Source: Mycoplasma mycoides subsp. capri
GTDB lineage: Bacteria; Bacillota_I; Bacilli_A; Mycoplasmatales; Mycoplasmataceae
Reading direction: 5' to 3'
Length of the DNA: 32,000 bases
NCBI RefSeq assembly: GCF_018389705.1
Contig: NZ_CP065581.1
Span: 240,001-272,000, forward strand
In this document: one piece after another, positions 10,657 to 23,980 of the stretch
Position numbering within the stretch: position 1 is the first letter of the stretch
Layout: every line of letters begins with the position of its first letter
Program-made: the position numbers and the translations under genes
Notes under the pieces: generated by a model
What the model was told of the DNA's origin: nothing
Databases searched by the model: none
The model's input: the letters and a program-made list of their open reading frames with translations, nothing else

Positions 10657-10684
10657 AAAAACAACCATTTAGGTTGTTTTCTTT
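10657..10684 (+). terminator. Rho-independent terminator
   Basis: Stem aaaaacaacc, loop attta, stem ggttgtttt, followed by a T-rich tract. Confidence 0.7.
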
Positions 10685-10704
10685 ATTAAAAGAAAGTATT
10701 AACT

Positions 10705-11673
10705 ATGATTAAAAAATTTAGTATAAAAGATACTAATGTTGATCAGGCTTATCCATTTGATTTTAAATTTTACAAACCTAAAATCGAAGGAATGATTATT
10801 TTATTTTCATTAGTTATTTTGCCTTTAGTTACTGTAATATTTTTAAATGTTTTTAAAAAAGAATTAAATATAACTGATAGTAGAATTGGTTTGATTTTCC
10901 AACTTTCAAGTATAGTTTTTACTATTATTGGTGGATTGATTTTTTGATCAAGAAACCCTGTTAGTTTTTGAAAATCAGGAGTTGGTATATTATTTGGCTT
11001 TCCAATCTTTTTACAGTTATTTGCTATATTTTTTAGTTTATTAGCAAATGTATTTAATGTTTTAAAAAATGGTGGTGTTTGAACTCAAATTTATAATCTT
11101 TTAATTCAAACAGTTGCTGAAATTTTAATAATTATTTTTGCATTTAATAAAATCTCAAATTTAAAAAATAAAGTTAAACAAACTTTAAAAGAAAATAAAA
11201 AACTATTAATACCTATTAGTATAGGTTTTGCTGTTGTTGCTTTTATTGTTGGTAATACTTTATATAGTTTAATTATTTCTCAATTAAATCTAAATTTAGG
11301 TGAATCAGAAAATCAAAAAAGTTTAGTCTCTCCATTTCAAAATGATGGAATTGGTAAATATATTTATATGATTATATTTATTATACTAACTATATTTATT
11401 GCTCCATTATGTGAAGAAATTATTGCAAGACAAGCTTTATTTACTGGTGTTTCAAATAAAGTTTTATCAATTATTACTTCAAGTTTATATTTTGGAGTTT
11501 TACATATTGCAAGTGGAGATGTTTATAATATTTTTCCATATGTGATAGGTGGGTTTTTCTTTTCTTTAGCTTTTAGTTTTTCTAAAGGTAATTTAACTTA
11601 TTCATGATTTTCACATTCAATTTATAATACTATTTCAGTAGTTTTAATAATAGCTAGTTTATATATAAAATAG
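10705..11673 (+). CDS. CPBP (CAAX-type) intramembrane glutamic protease family protein
   Basis: Polytopic membrane protein. Motif 1 is PLCEEIIARQALF (EExxxR). Motif 2 is YFGVLH (FxxxH). ORFs 10705 and 11368 are in the same frame, joined through TGA codons. Confidence 0.8.
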
Positions 11674-11675
11674 TT

Positions 11676-12584
11676 ATGACAAAATTTGTTGTTAATAAAA
11701 ACGATCAAAATCAAACTTTATTTAAGTTTTTAAAAAAGACTTTTAAAACTACACCAATTAGTGTGATTTATAAATGAATAAGAAATAAATCTATTAAGAT
11801 AAACTCTAAAAGAATTAGTGATAAAAATTATTTATTAAAAATAAATGATGTTATTGAAGTTTATGATTCAAATAAACCAATAATTAGAGATCAGTTTAAC
11901 TATATTAGTAATGTTAATTTAGATATTGTTTATGAAGATAATAATATTTTAATAGTTAATAAACCTAATAACTTAGAAATGCATTCAACTTATAATTTGT
12001 GCTTAGATGATATGGTTAAATCTTATTTAGTTGATAAAAAAGAATATGATATTTATTTAGAAAATTCTTTTGTGGTTTCTCATGTTCACCGTTTAGATAA
12101 ATTAACTAGTGGGTTAGTAATTTATGCTAAAAATAAAATTAGTTCAACTATTTTAACTAATGCATTTAAATCAAAAGATCAAATTAATAAATATTATTAT
12201 GCACTAACTAGTAGTGATTGAAATTTAGATGAGTTCTTACAAGTTAATGGTTATATTAATTATGATAGTAATATAAAAAAAGCTGACTTTAGTTTAGATA
12301 AAAAAAATAATTATAAATATTGTCAAACCGAGTTTAAACTAATTAATAAAAACTTAATTTTAGTAAAATTAATAACAGGAAAAAAACACCAAATTAGAAG
12401 TGTGTTAAGTTTTTATAATCATCCTATATTAAATGATTTTAGATATAATGGTAAAAAGATAAATGATTTAAAAATGATTTATTTATCAGCTTTTAAAATT
12501 GAATTTAAAAACTTAGAAAAACCATTAGATTATTTAAATAATAAGGTGTTTATAAAAAACCCAGAATGAATTAGTAAGGAGTAA
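11676..12584 (+). CDS. RluA-family 23S rRNA pseudouridine synthase (RluC/D-like)
   Basis: N-terminal S4-like segment. Catalytic motif HRLDKLTSGLVIYAKN and a later GKKHQIR motif. Begins 2 nt after the previous stop. Confidence 0.85.
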
Positions 12585-12586
12585 TT

Positions 12587-14608
12587 ATGCAAGTAAATGT
12601 TGAATCAACAACTGCAAATATGCCTATTAATGATTCTAAAAAAACTACTTCAGCTAAAAGTGGTGTTTTTAGTGCTTTATTAGGTGTTGTGAGTTCAATA
12701 ACTAATATGATAATTCAATTCTTATTGATTTATTGAGTTTTACAAAGTTTTGGTACTGAAATTAGTGGGTTTATTAGAATTTCAATGTCATTATCAATAA
12801 TTGGAGGAACTGCTGAAGGAGCTTTAGCTTTATCAACAGTTTTAATGTTAACTGAACCTTTAAGTAAAAAAGATTGAATTACAGTTAATGAAATTTTTTC
12901 AACTGCAAAAAGAAATTATAATAATAAAATTGTTTCTGGATTTATTTTAGTTTTTTTATTATCTATTTTATATCCACTACAAATTGCAATTTCTCCACTA
13001 ATTACTAGTGGTGAATCAATTAAATGAGGAATTGATTTTACTACACCTTTATCAAAAACAACTTCTACTTTAAAGTTTTGAGAATTAAGTGCAATCTTTT
13101 TAATTTTAGGAACTAAACAAACTTTATCAGCTGGATTATTTGGTGTTCATGAAAACATAATGCAAGCTGATCAAAAGAATGCTAGTAAAAAATTAGTAGT
13201 TTTATTTTGTGATGTATTGTTTTATGGAATATTTTTTGTATTATTAAATTCTTATATTTATTGAAACGATAGACATACTCCAGTTTTATTATTTTTACCG
13301 TTTTTATTTTATCCAGTTATTAGAGGATTACTAATTACATCTTATGTTAAGAAAAAATATCCAGCTATAAAGTTTTATAATGATTTTAATAATTTAAATT
13401 TAATTAGAAGATCTACAAAAATTTATTGATCTTCAATTGGTCAATCTATTTTAGTTAATAGTGATTTAATTATTATCTTTTTAGCATTAGGTTCAATTGG
13501 TTTGAAAGTTTCATCTTTAATTTCTTTATATATGGTTGTTGCAATTAATTTAAGAATTATTATGACTTCTTTAGTAACTTCATTTAAAGAATATTTTTCA
13601 AGTGTAATTATTAAAAAAGGTCGACTAGATTGAGAAACTTATTCAAACTATGAGTTTTATTCTTATATAGTTGGTGTATTTTCATTTCTTATAACAAGCA
13701 TAATGACTCCATACATAGTTACAGGATTGTTTTCAAAAATTATTTTAAATGATGTTGATACAACAGGACTAACTAAAAAAACTATTGAATTTATTATTTT
13801 TAGTCCATTTTTTTCAGGTATTTTTGGAGCAACAACAGGTTTAATTGTTTTATTAGAATCAAAAATTACTTTAATACATGCAAAAGGGATGCATAGAACT
13901 ATAGCAAAACCACTGAATTTAATTGCTTTTAGCTTTTTTATAACTAGTTTTATAATTACTTTATTATTAAATCGTTTTATTGGAAATGTTGAAAGTAAAA
14001 TTAGTTGAGTAATTATTGTATTTTATAGTTCTAAAATTTTATTTTTAATAATTGCTTATATTTATTTATGAATTTTTTCTTGAGATAAATTAGTTTATAA
14101 TGCTAAATTTAATAGAATTATTCCAAATATTTTATTTTTAACTTTATCAGCTTGTTTAGTAATAGCATTTTCATTTAGTGCTGATGATATTTATATATTA
14201 TTAAAATTTGATACAAATAAAAAAGTACCAGTTGATATACTTCATATTATTTTAGGACTAATTATAATATTTATAGCAAGTTTTTTTATAGGTATACTAA
14301 CTTTTGTTTATAACAAAATTGTTAAAAATACTTCAGTTACTAGATTGATTTTTTATAGTTTACCTTTTATTAAAAGACTTAATAAAGAAAAACAAGAAAA
14401 AGCTAAAAGAGATTTATTTGAAAAAGAAAATATTAATATTGATAAGTTTTTATTAAAACAAGAAGATCTATTAAAAGCTATGTATGGGTTTAAAGAAAAA
14501 AAAGTAATTGATCAAGATGAGTTTGAAAAATATTCTAAATATAAACCAAAACCTAAAGTTTATATTTTAAAAGCTAGTGATATGAATAAAGATGAATCGG
14601 AGTATTAA
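12587..14608 (+). CDS. Large polytopic membrane protein, Wzx/MOP-superfamily flippase-like, with a charged cytoplasmic tail
   Basis: I checked by hand that the frame is continuous from 12587 to 13703 with TGA read as Trp. ORFs 13703 and 14345 are in the same frame. About 12-14 hydrophobic helices. The pattern FGTEISGFIRISMSLSIIGG...STKIYWSSIGQSILVNSDLIIIFLALG resembles polysaccharide-biosynthesis/flippase families. The family call is tentative. Confidence 0.55.
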
Positions 14609-14611
14609 AAT

Positions 14612-16618
<2,007 letters not shown>

Positions 16619-16619
16619 T

Positions 16620-16916
16620 ATGTCAAATAGATTTAATAAAGAGTTTTGAAAAGAATTAGCTCATGATTTTATGTTTGAATTAAATGATGAAGAGCTTGAA
16701 AACTTAATGAGTGTTGAAGACAAACTTTTTGATGATTTTAAAAAAATCACTAGTATTGATACAACAGATGTTGAACCAACTTTTTATACAGTTAATCAAA
16801 TTCATTCATATTTAAGAGATGATGAACCAATACAAACTAATTGTCAAAAAGAAATTTTAGAAAATGCGCCAACTAAACATGATGATTACATCACAATAGC
16901 AAGGGTGGTTAAATAA
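16620..16916 (+). CDS. gatC: Asp/Glu-tRNA amidotransferase subunit C
   Basis: About 98 aa and acidic. Sits immediately upstream of gatA with a TAATG overlap. Contains one internal TGA (Trp). Confidence 0.8.
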
Positions 16917-18373
16917 TGCAAGATTATAGAAAAAAAAGTATTTTTGAAATTCACAAAGATTTAGTAGATAAAAAATATACTGTTTTAGATTTAACTAAAG
17001 AAGTATTAAAGAATTTAAAATACGAATTAGATTCTAATGCGATTAATTATTTAGCTGAAATTCATGCACTAAAACAAGCTAAAAAAATTGAAGAAAATTT
17101 TGACAGTAATAATTTGTTATCTGGAATACCATACATTTGTAAAGATAATTTTTCAACAAAAGATATTCCAACTACTGCTTCATCAAAAATACTAGAAAAT
17201 TATATTCCAAACTATTCAGCTGCCTTAGTTGATTCACTTGAAAAAAATCAATCTATATTAGTTGGAAAATCTGCTTTAGATGAACTTGGAATGGGTGGAA
17301 CTGGATTATTATCATGTAATGGTAAAATTGCAAATCCATGAGATAAAAATCGTATAGTTGGTGGTTCTAGTTCTGGGTCTGCTTATTTGGTTGCTAAAGG
17401 ATTAGTTCCATTTGCAACAGGAACTGATACTGGTGATTCAATTAGAAAACCAGCTAGTTATAATGGAATAGTTGGATTTAAGCCAACTTATGGAGTAATT
17501 TCAAGATATGGATTATTACCATATGCTCCAAGCTTAGATACAGCTGGATTTTTTACAAAAAATGTAGATGATATGGCAGTTTTATGTGATGCTAGTTATG
17601 ATAATGATAATAGAGATTTTTCATCAACAACAGCTGATCATGTTGACTTTTTAAAACAAATTGATGATTTTTCAAATATTAAAACTTTTGGATATATTAG
17701 TTCAGTAATTGAAAGTTTAGATCAAGAACATAAAACTCACTACTATAATTTATTTGAGACATTAAAAAATAAAGGTTATCAAATTAAAGCTTTAGATTTT
17801 AGACAAGATTTATTAGATGCAGTTTTACCTGTTTATTTAATGATTGCAAATAGTGAAAGTGTTTCAACTAATTCTTGCTTAGATGGAATTAAATATGGAA
17901 AAAGAGTAGATGGAAATGATTATAGTGAAATTATGATCAATTCAAGAACTCAAGGTTTTGGTGAAATTGTTAGACGTAGATTTGCAATAGGTTCACTAGT
18001 TTTAAAAGGTGAAAATCAAAAAAAATATTTAGTACAAGCTAAAAAAGTTAGAACTTTAATTAATCGTGACTTTAATAATTTATTTGATCAAGTTGATGTT
18101 TTATTATTACCACCATCACCATCTATTGCTCCATTAATTGAAGAAATTAATAATCCAAATAAAAAATCTCAAGAAAAAGATTTTATTGAAAATATTTTAG
18201 TTTTAGCTAATTTTACAGGTAGTCCTTCAATTACTATTCCATTTTTTAAAACTAAAAATATGCCAGTTGGAATTAATATTACAACAAAAGTTAAAACAGA
18301 TTTACTAACACTACAAGCAGCTAAATTATTAGAAAATATTATTGGAATTAAAAACCAAATTGTTGAGGACTAA
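16916..18373 (+). CDS. gatA: Asp/Glu-tRNA amidotransferase subunit A (amidase signature)
   Basis: Motifs: PYICKDNFSTKDIPTTASSKIL, GGSSSGSA, GTDTGDSIRKPAS. The two track fragments are in the same frame across the TGA at 17339. Confidence 0.95.
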
Positions 18374-18374
18374 T

Positions 18375-19814
18375 ATGCAAAATTTTGAAATTATTATTGG
18401 AGTTGAAAACCATGTTGAATTAAAAACTAATTCAAAAATGTTTTCACCAAGTAAAGTTAGTTACGGACAAATTCCAAATACTTTAGCAAATGAAATTGAT
18501 TTAGCTTATCCTGGAACTTTACCAAGTGTTAATAAAAAAGGAGTAGAGTTAGCTATTCTAGCATGTAATGCTTTAAATATGCAAATTGATACTTTATTAA
18601 CTTTTGATCGTAAAAACTATTTTTATCCAGATTTAACTAAAGGTTTTCAAATCACTCAACAATTTAATCCAATTGGAACAAATGGTAGTTTAGAAATAAT
18701 TTTAGAAAATGGAAATAAAAAAGTAGTTGAAATTGAACGTTTGCATATTGAAGAAGATACTGCAAAACAAGTTCATAAAGATAATTTAACTTATCTTGAC
18801 TATAATAGATCTGGTGTTGGGTTAATTGAAATTGTTACAAAACCAGTATTAAGAAGTGCTGAAGAAGCCTGTTTATATGTTGAAAAACTTAGAGAAATTT
18901 TATTATTTTTAAATGTTAGTGATGTAAAAATGAATGAAGGTTCACTAAGAACTGATTTAAATATTTCTTTAAGACCTTATGGTAGTGATAAATTTTCAAA
19001 TAAAGTTGAAATTAAAAACTTAAACTCTATTTCAAATATTAAAAAAGCTGTTGAATTTGAAATTAATAGACAAAAAGAAATTTTATTAAAAAATCAAATT
19101 GTTGAACAACAAACAAGAAGATTTGATGATCAAACTAGTTCAACTATTTTAATGAGAAGTAAGATTGATAGTATTGATTATAGATATTTTAGAGAACCAA
19201 ACATTTTTCCAATTCAACTAGATCAAAAATGAGTTGATAAAATTATTTCAAATTCTCCTGAACTAGCAGATCAAAAACGTATTAGATATGTAAATGAATT
19301 AGGTTTAACTATTGAAGATGCTAATATTATTTTAACTAGTTTAGAAATGACACAGTTTTTTGAAAAAACTATTAAATTAACTACTAATTATAATAAAGTT
19401 GCTAAAATGTTGATTTCAGAAATTCAAGCTAAATTGAATTTAGAAAATAAAACAATAGATCAAATTGAATTAAGTCCAGAAAATTTAGCTAGTGTAATTA
19501 ATTTAATTGATAAAAACATTATTTCATCAAAACAAACAAAAGTAATTATGCCAATTATATTAGATTCAAATAATGAAACTGTTGAACAAATTGTTGAAAG
19601 ATTAAATCTAAAATTAATTACAAATAAAGATGAAATTTCAAAATTATTAGTAAATATTATTAATCAAAACAAAGATTTATTAAATCAATATTCTACTCGT
19701 CCTGAAAGAGTAATTAAAACAATTATGGGTCAATTAATGAAACAAACTAATGGTAATGTTGATCCTGAAATTGCAAATGAAATTGTAATTAAAGAAATTG
19801 AAAAGAATTTATAA
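18375..19814 (+). CDS. gatB: Asp/Glu-tRNA amidotransferase subunit B
   Basis: MQNFEIIIGVENHVELKT..., DRKNYFYPDLTKGFQITQ, HIEEDTAK, NRSGVGLIEIVT. ATG at 18375, 2 nt after the gatA stop. Confidence 0.95.
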
Positions 19815-19818
19815 CAAT

Positions 19819-19845
19819 AAAAAATGGGCAATGCCCATTTTTTAT
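19819..19845. terminator. Bidirectional rho-independent terminator shared by the convergent gatB and ktrA
   Basis: aaaaatgggca-a-tgcccattttt: a GC-rich 6-bp core stem flanked by an A tract on one side and a T tract on the other. The ktrA stop (19842-19844) lies in the T tract. Confidence 0.8.
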
Positions 19846-20570
19846 TGTTCTTCAGTTAAAAGGTTTGGATCAGTTTCTTCATCAATCATACCTTGAATTT
19901 TTTCAGCTAAACTATTAATAATAGTAGTTCTTGCAAAAACTACAATATGATCTCCTTCTTTTAGTTCTGTATAATCATCTGGTAATAAGATCTTACCTTT
20001 TCTTCTAATTTGAATAATATTAAAATCTTTATTTGTTGATAAACCAACTTGTTGAATATTTTTATTAAATAAATCAGGGTTTTTAACTTCTAAAGTTGAA
20101 GAGATAAATTCATCATCAATTGAATGTACTTCAATATCAAAATCAATATTAAAAATTACTCTAGTAGCTGTAATTTCTCCAGCAATTTTATTAGGAACAA
20201 TAATTTGGTTTTCAGTTAAACCTAACGCTAGTAAAACTCTTCTATAATTATCATCTTTTGCTTTAACTGTAATATTAGTACATTTTAAATCTAGTAAGTT
20301 TAAAACTGTTACTAGTGATGATTCTAATTCGTTTTCAATTCCAACAATCACTCAATCATATGATTGAATTCCTTTTTTTGCTAGAGCTACTTTATTAGTT
20401 GTATCAATTACAATTCCTTCAACTGTATCAAATTCAGATAAATATAAATTCAAACGTCTTTCATCAATATCAAAAACAGTTACAGATTGTCTTTTTTGTA
20501 CTAAAGTTTCAATAACAGATAAAGTAAAGTTAGAAACACCAATGATTGCAAAGTTTTGTTTTTTTGCCAT
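19842..20570 (-). CDS. ktrA: K+ uptake system peripheral RCK subunit KtrA/TrkA-like
   Basis: The two minus-strand track ORFs are joined by TGA (Trp) at 20352-20354 (..SYDWVIVGIEN..). RCK_N and RCK_C architecture. The N-terminus FAIIGVSNFTLSVIETL...VTVFDIDERR aligns with the KtrA segment VIGLGRFGGS...VDxxEE. Confidence 0.85.
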
Positions 20571-20595
20571 AAATTATCCCTTCTTACCTAATTAA

Positions 20596-20624
20596 ATTAT
20601 ACATTTTTATCAAAATGATATAAT
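20596..20624. promoter_or_regulatory. Back-to-back divergent extended -10 elements for ktrA (-) and ktrB (+)
   Basis: Minus strand: TGtATAAT (plus-strand coordinates 20596-20603). Plus strand: TGaTATAAT (20616-20624). The RBS sequences are AAGAAGGGA (ktrA) and AAGAGGTGG (ktrB). Confidence 0.4.
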
Positions 20625-20648
20625 AATATATTGAAAAGAGGTGGATTT

Positions 20649-22250
20649 ATGTTTTTTAAGAAAAAAAATAATAAAAAACACAAGCTAAAATTCACCTCAA
20701 GACTTTTTAAAAAAACTTCAAATTTTAATGAAGAAAAGTATAAATTTTTCCGACTAGTTAAAGATATTTGACCACTTTCTAAAACTTCAGGAAAGATTTT
20801 TTTAATTTATGTAGCAATTATTTTATTAGGTGGGTTATTATTATCAATTCCTAACTTTTCACTAACTAAAAGTGGATCTAAATATAATTGAGATTTTTTA
20901 ACTGGAATATTTATTGCTTCATCTGGATTTAGTGATACCGGTTTAACTGTTTTAGATGTTTCTCATTCTTATACTTTTTGAGGGCAGTTAATTTTATTAT
21001 TACTAATTGAATTTGGTGGAATTGGTGTTTTAACTTTTAAAATTGTTTTATTTTTAATTATTAATAAAAAAATCTCAATTTCAGATACTATAGTTGCTCA
21101 ATCTGAAAGAGGAAGTGCTACAACTAGTTTAACTATTGATCTAATTAAAGATGGGTTTATTTGATTAACTTCAGTTCAAGTAGTTTCAGCTTTTATTTTA
21201 TTCTTTTTATTCTTTTTTAACCAACCTTCAAACAATCCAAATTTAGAAGTGGTTTCACCATATCATGATTTTTGAAAATCATTATGATTTGCTGTTTTTC
21301 ATTCTACTAGTGCTGTAAATAATGCTGGGTTTGATATTATTTCACCAAACTCATTACAACCATATAATGTAGATAATCATAGAGTTTATGCTATTCAAGT
21401 AATTTTTATGCTTGAGTGAATAATTGGTGGATTAGGTTATCCTACTTTTCATGATATTAAGCGTAAATTAAAAGCTAGAAAAACTAAAGAAAAAATTAAT
21501 TTTAGTTTATTTACAAAAATTAATTTCTGAGTGTATTTAGTATTATTTATTTTTGGTCCTTTAGCTGTTTTTGCAACAGAATATTCAAATTACAATCATT
21601 CATTAATTTTTCATTATTATGATGAAAACTTTACTGTTTTAAATGCTAAATCTAATACTGTTGTTTTTATGGATATTTTATTTAATACAACAGCTTCAAG
21701 AAATGCAGGATTTTCAACAATTGATATTTCAACTTTTAATTCAGGATCAAAAGCTATATTATCAATTTTAATGTTTATTGGATCAGCACCAAGTTCAACT
21801 GCTGGAGGAATTAGAACTACAACTTTTGGAGTATTGCTTTTATCAACTTTTACAATTATTAAAAACCAAAAATTCACAAGTGCTTTTAGAAAAACTATAC
21901 CTAGTGAAACTGTTAATAGAAGTTATGCAGCATTCTTTATTTCAACATTTTTAATTTTTATTGCTTTATTTATTATTTATGTTGATTCAAATAGTGTTTT
22001 TCATACTTTAAAAAATCATAATAGTGCTTCAATTAATACTATTTTATTAATTACTAGTGCATTTGGGACTGTTGGATTATCTCCTTTAGCTCATTTTCAA
22101 ATGTATCAATTAGGAGTTGTTACTAAAATATCAATTATTTTAATTATGTTTATTGGTCAATTAGGAGTTTCAAATACTTTATTAATCTTTTTAAAACCTG
22201 CAAGAGATAAAGCTTATAAATATCTTGAAGAAGATATAACTATAGGATAG
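20649..22250 (+). CDS. ktrB: K+ transporter membrane subunit KtrB/TrkH family
   Basis: Polytopic membrane protein. Repeated pore-loop-like segments: SSGFSDTGLTV, SAVNNAGFDI, TASRNAGFSTID, TSAFGTVGLS. The fragments at 20649 and 21531 share a frame. Confidence 0.85.
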
Positions 22251-22258
22251 GTGATAGT

Positions 22259-23125
22259 ATGGTTATTTTAGATGGTAAGTTAGTTTCAAAACAAATCAAA
22301 GAAGCTTTAAAACAACAAATTGACACATATTTAAATAAAAACTATAAAAAACCTAAATTAGCTGTAATTTTAATTGGAAATGATCCAGCAAGCGAATTAT
22401 ATGTTTCAAATAAAATAAAAGCTTGTAACTTAGTAGGAATTGAATCAGTGTTATTAAGATTTGATCAAAATATTACTAGTGAAATGTTATCTGATCAAAT
22501 TAATCAATTAAATAATGATAATAGTGTTGATGCAATTTTATTACAATTACCATTACCAAAACATTTAAATGAACAAGAGTTTTTACAAGCAATCGATCCT
22601 TTAAAAGATGTTGATGGATTTCATTATATTAATCAAGGAAAAATGTTAGAAGGTTATGATACTATTTATCCTTGTACACCAATTGGAATTATTAATTTAT
22701 TAAAAGCTTATAATATTGATGTTAAATCAAAAGATATAACTATTATTGGAACTTCAAATATTGTTGGAAAACCTTTAGCAATAATGTTATCTAATATGGG
22801 TGCAACAATTAGTATGTGTAATAAAAATACAAAGAGTTTAAAAAAATATACTAAAAGATCTGATATAGTAATTTCAGCTACTGGAAAACAAGCACTTATT
22901 AAAAAAGATATGATTAAAAAAAATGCTATTGTAATTGATGTTGGAATTATAAAAGATCCAATTACTAATAAAATAGTTGGTGATGTTGATTTTGAAAATG
23001 TTAAAGAACTTTGTTCATATATTACTCCAGTTCCAGGTGGAGTTGGGCCTATGACTGTTGCTATGTTATTAGAAAATACATTTGAATTATACAAATTACA
23101 TATAAAGGAAAATTATGAAAACTAG
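22259..23125 (+). CDS. folD: Bifunctional methylenetetrahydrofolate dehydrogenase/cyclohydrolase
   Basis: MVILDGKLVSKQIK..., PKLAVILIGNDPASELYVSNKIKA, LLQLPLP, VDGFH, PCTP, GTSNIVGKP, TPVPGGVGPMT. AGGTGA RBS. Confidence 0.95.
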   Translation: MVILDGKLVSKQIKEALKQQIDTYLNKNYKKPKLAVILIGNDPASELYVSNKIKACNLVGIESVLLRFDQNITSEMLSDQINQLNNDNSVDAILLQLPLPKHLNEQEFLQAIDPLKDVDGFHYINQGKMLEGYDTIYPCTPIGIINLLKAYNIDVKSKDITIIGTSNIVGKPLAIMLSNMGATISMCNKNTKSLKKYTKRSDIVISATGKQALIKKDMIKKNAIVIDVGIIKDPITNKIVGDVDFENVKELCSYITPVPGGVGPMTVAMLLENTFELYKLHIKENYEN

Positions 23126-23870
23126 TTTTAAAAATAATCGTCCTAAAAGACATTATATATATAATGATATTTTTAAAAAAGCTAATTTAATTATTCAAAT
23201 ATCAAGTGCTATATTTATGCTATTAGCAACTATTGGGTTTATGTTTGGAATAGTTGGAATTACTTTAGGAACTGTTAATAACACTACAAATATTAAATTA
23301 AATACAATTAGTGGAATTATTTTATTAGTAATTAGTAGTTATGTGTTTTTAATGTGTGCTATTAGTTTGTGTTTATCAGTTATTAGTAATTATCATAAAA
23401 CTACAATTTATTTAGAGATTTTAGCAATTTTTAGTATAGTTTCAATAGTATGTATGATTGGTGGTTTTTTAATTATATTTAGTAGTAATAAATATAAAGA
23501 TGAGCAAGAAAAAAACACTAATAATCAATTAGAAAATCAAAATGATAACAACCAAAAAACTGAAGATAAACAACAAATTGAAAATCAAACTAATAATCAA
23601 TCTAAAGATAATTTTATTTCTAATCCAAATCAAAATGTTAATCCAAGCCAACAAATAGCTTCAGACCATTATCATGCAAATATAAGTAGAATAAATAATA
23701 ATCAAATTAATAATCAAAGATTAGAACAAGCTAAAAAAAATGAAAAATATCAGCAAGTAAAAAGAACTTATCAATTAGTAAAAGAACATAAACTAAGTGA
23801 AGATAAACTACAATCTATTTTTAATTCTGATCCTGAATTTAAACAAATGTATGATGAGTTAAAAAAATAA
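23115..23870 (+). CDS. Hypothetical membrane protein (3-4 TM helices) with a long Q/N-rich C-terminal domain
   Basis: ATG at 23115 follows an AAGGA RBS and overlaps the folD end by 11 nt. 251 aa with no in-frame stop. Hydrophobic N-terminal half, then NTNNQLENQNDNNQKTEDKQQIENQTNNQSKDN.... Confidence 0.6.
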   Translation: MKTSFKNNRPKRHYIYNDIFKKANLIIQISSAIFMLLATIGFMFGIVGITLGTVNNTTNIKLNTISGIILLVISSYVFLMCAISLCLSVISNYHKTTIYLEILAIFSIVSIVCMIGGFLIIFSSNKYKDEQEKNTNNQLENQNDNNQKTEDKQQIENQTNNQSKDNFISNPNQNVNPSQQIASDHYHANISRINNNQINNQRLEQAKKNEKYQQVKRTYQLVKEHKLSEDKLQSIFNSDPEFKQMYDELKK

Positions 23871-23876
23871 TTAGAC

Positions 23877-23901
23877 AAAATAAGCAATTGCTTATTTTTT
23901 T
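23877..23901 (+). terminator. Rho-independent terminator
   Basis: aaaataagca-at-tgcttatttt palindrome running into a T tract. Confidence 0.7.
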
Positions 23902-23980
23902 ATTTAATTTTTTAAAAAATACTAGTAAAAAAATAATAAATTTGTACAATATTGATATTAAAAGAAAGATTGTTATTAAA

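Noticed and set aside
18342-18374. gatB start at 18342, overlapping gatA by 32 nt
   Set aside because: The ATG at 18375 gives the conserved GatB N-terminus (MQNFEIIIGVENH) and lies 2 nt after the gatA stop. The upstream extension lies entirely within the 3' end of gatA.
21617-21877. 86-aa minus-strand ORF inside ktrB
   Set aside because: It is antisense to a conserved membrane-transporter gene with recognisable pore-loop motifs. This looks like a shadow ORF.
22708-23094. 128-aa minus-strand ORF inside folD
   Set aside because: It is antisense to folD, whose conserved motifs are intact on the + strand. This looks like a shadow ORF.
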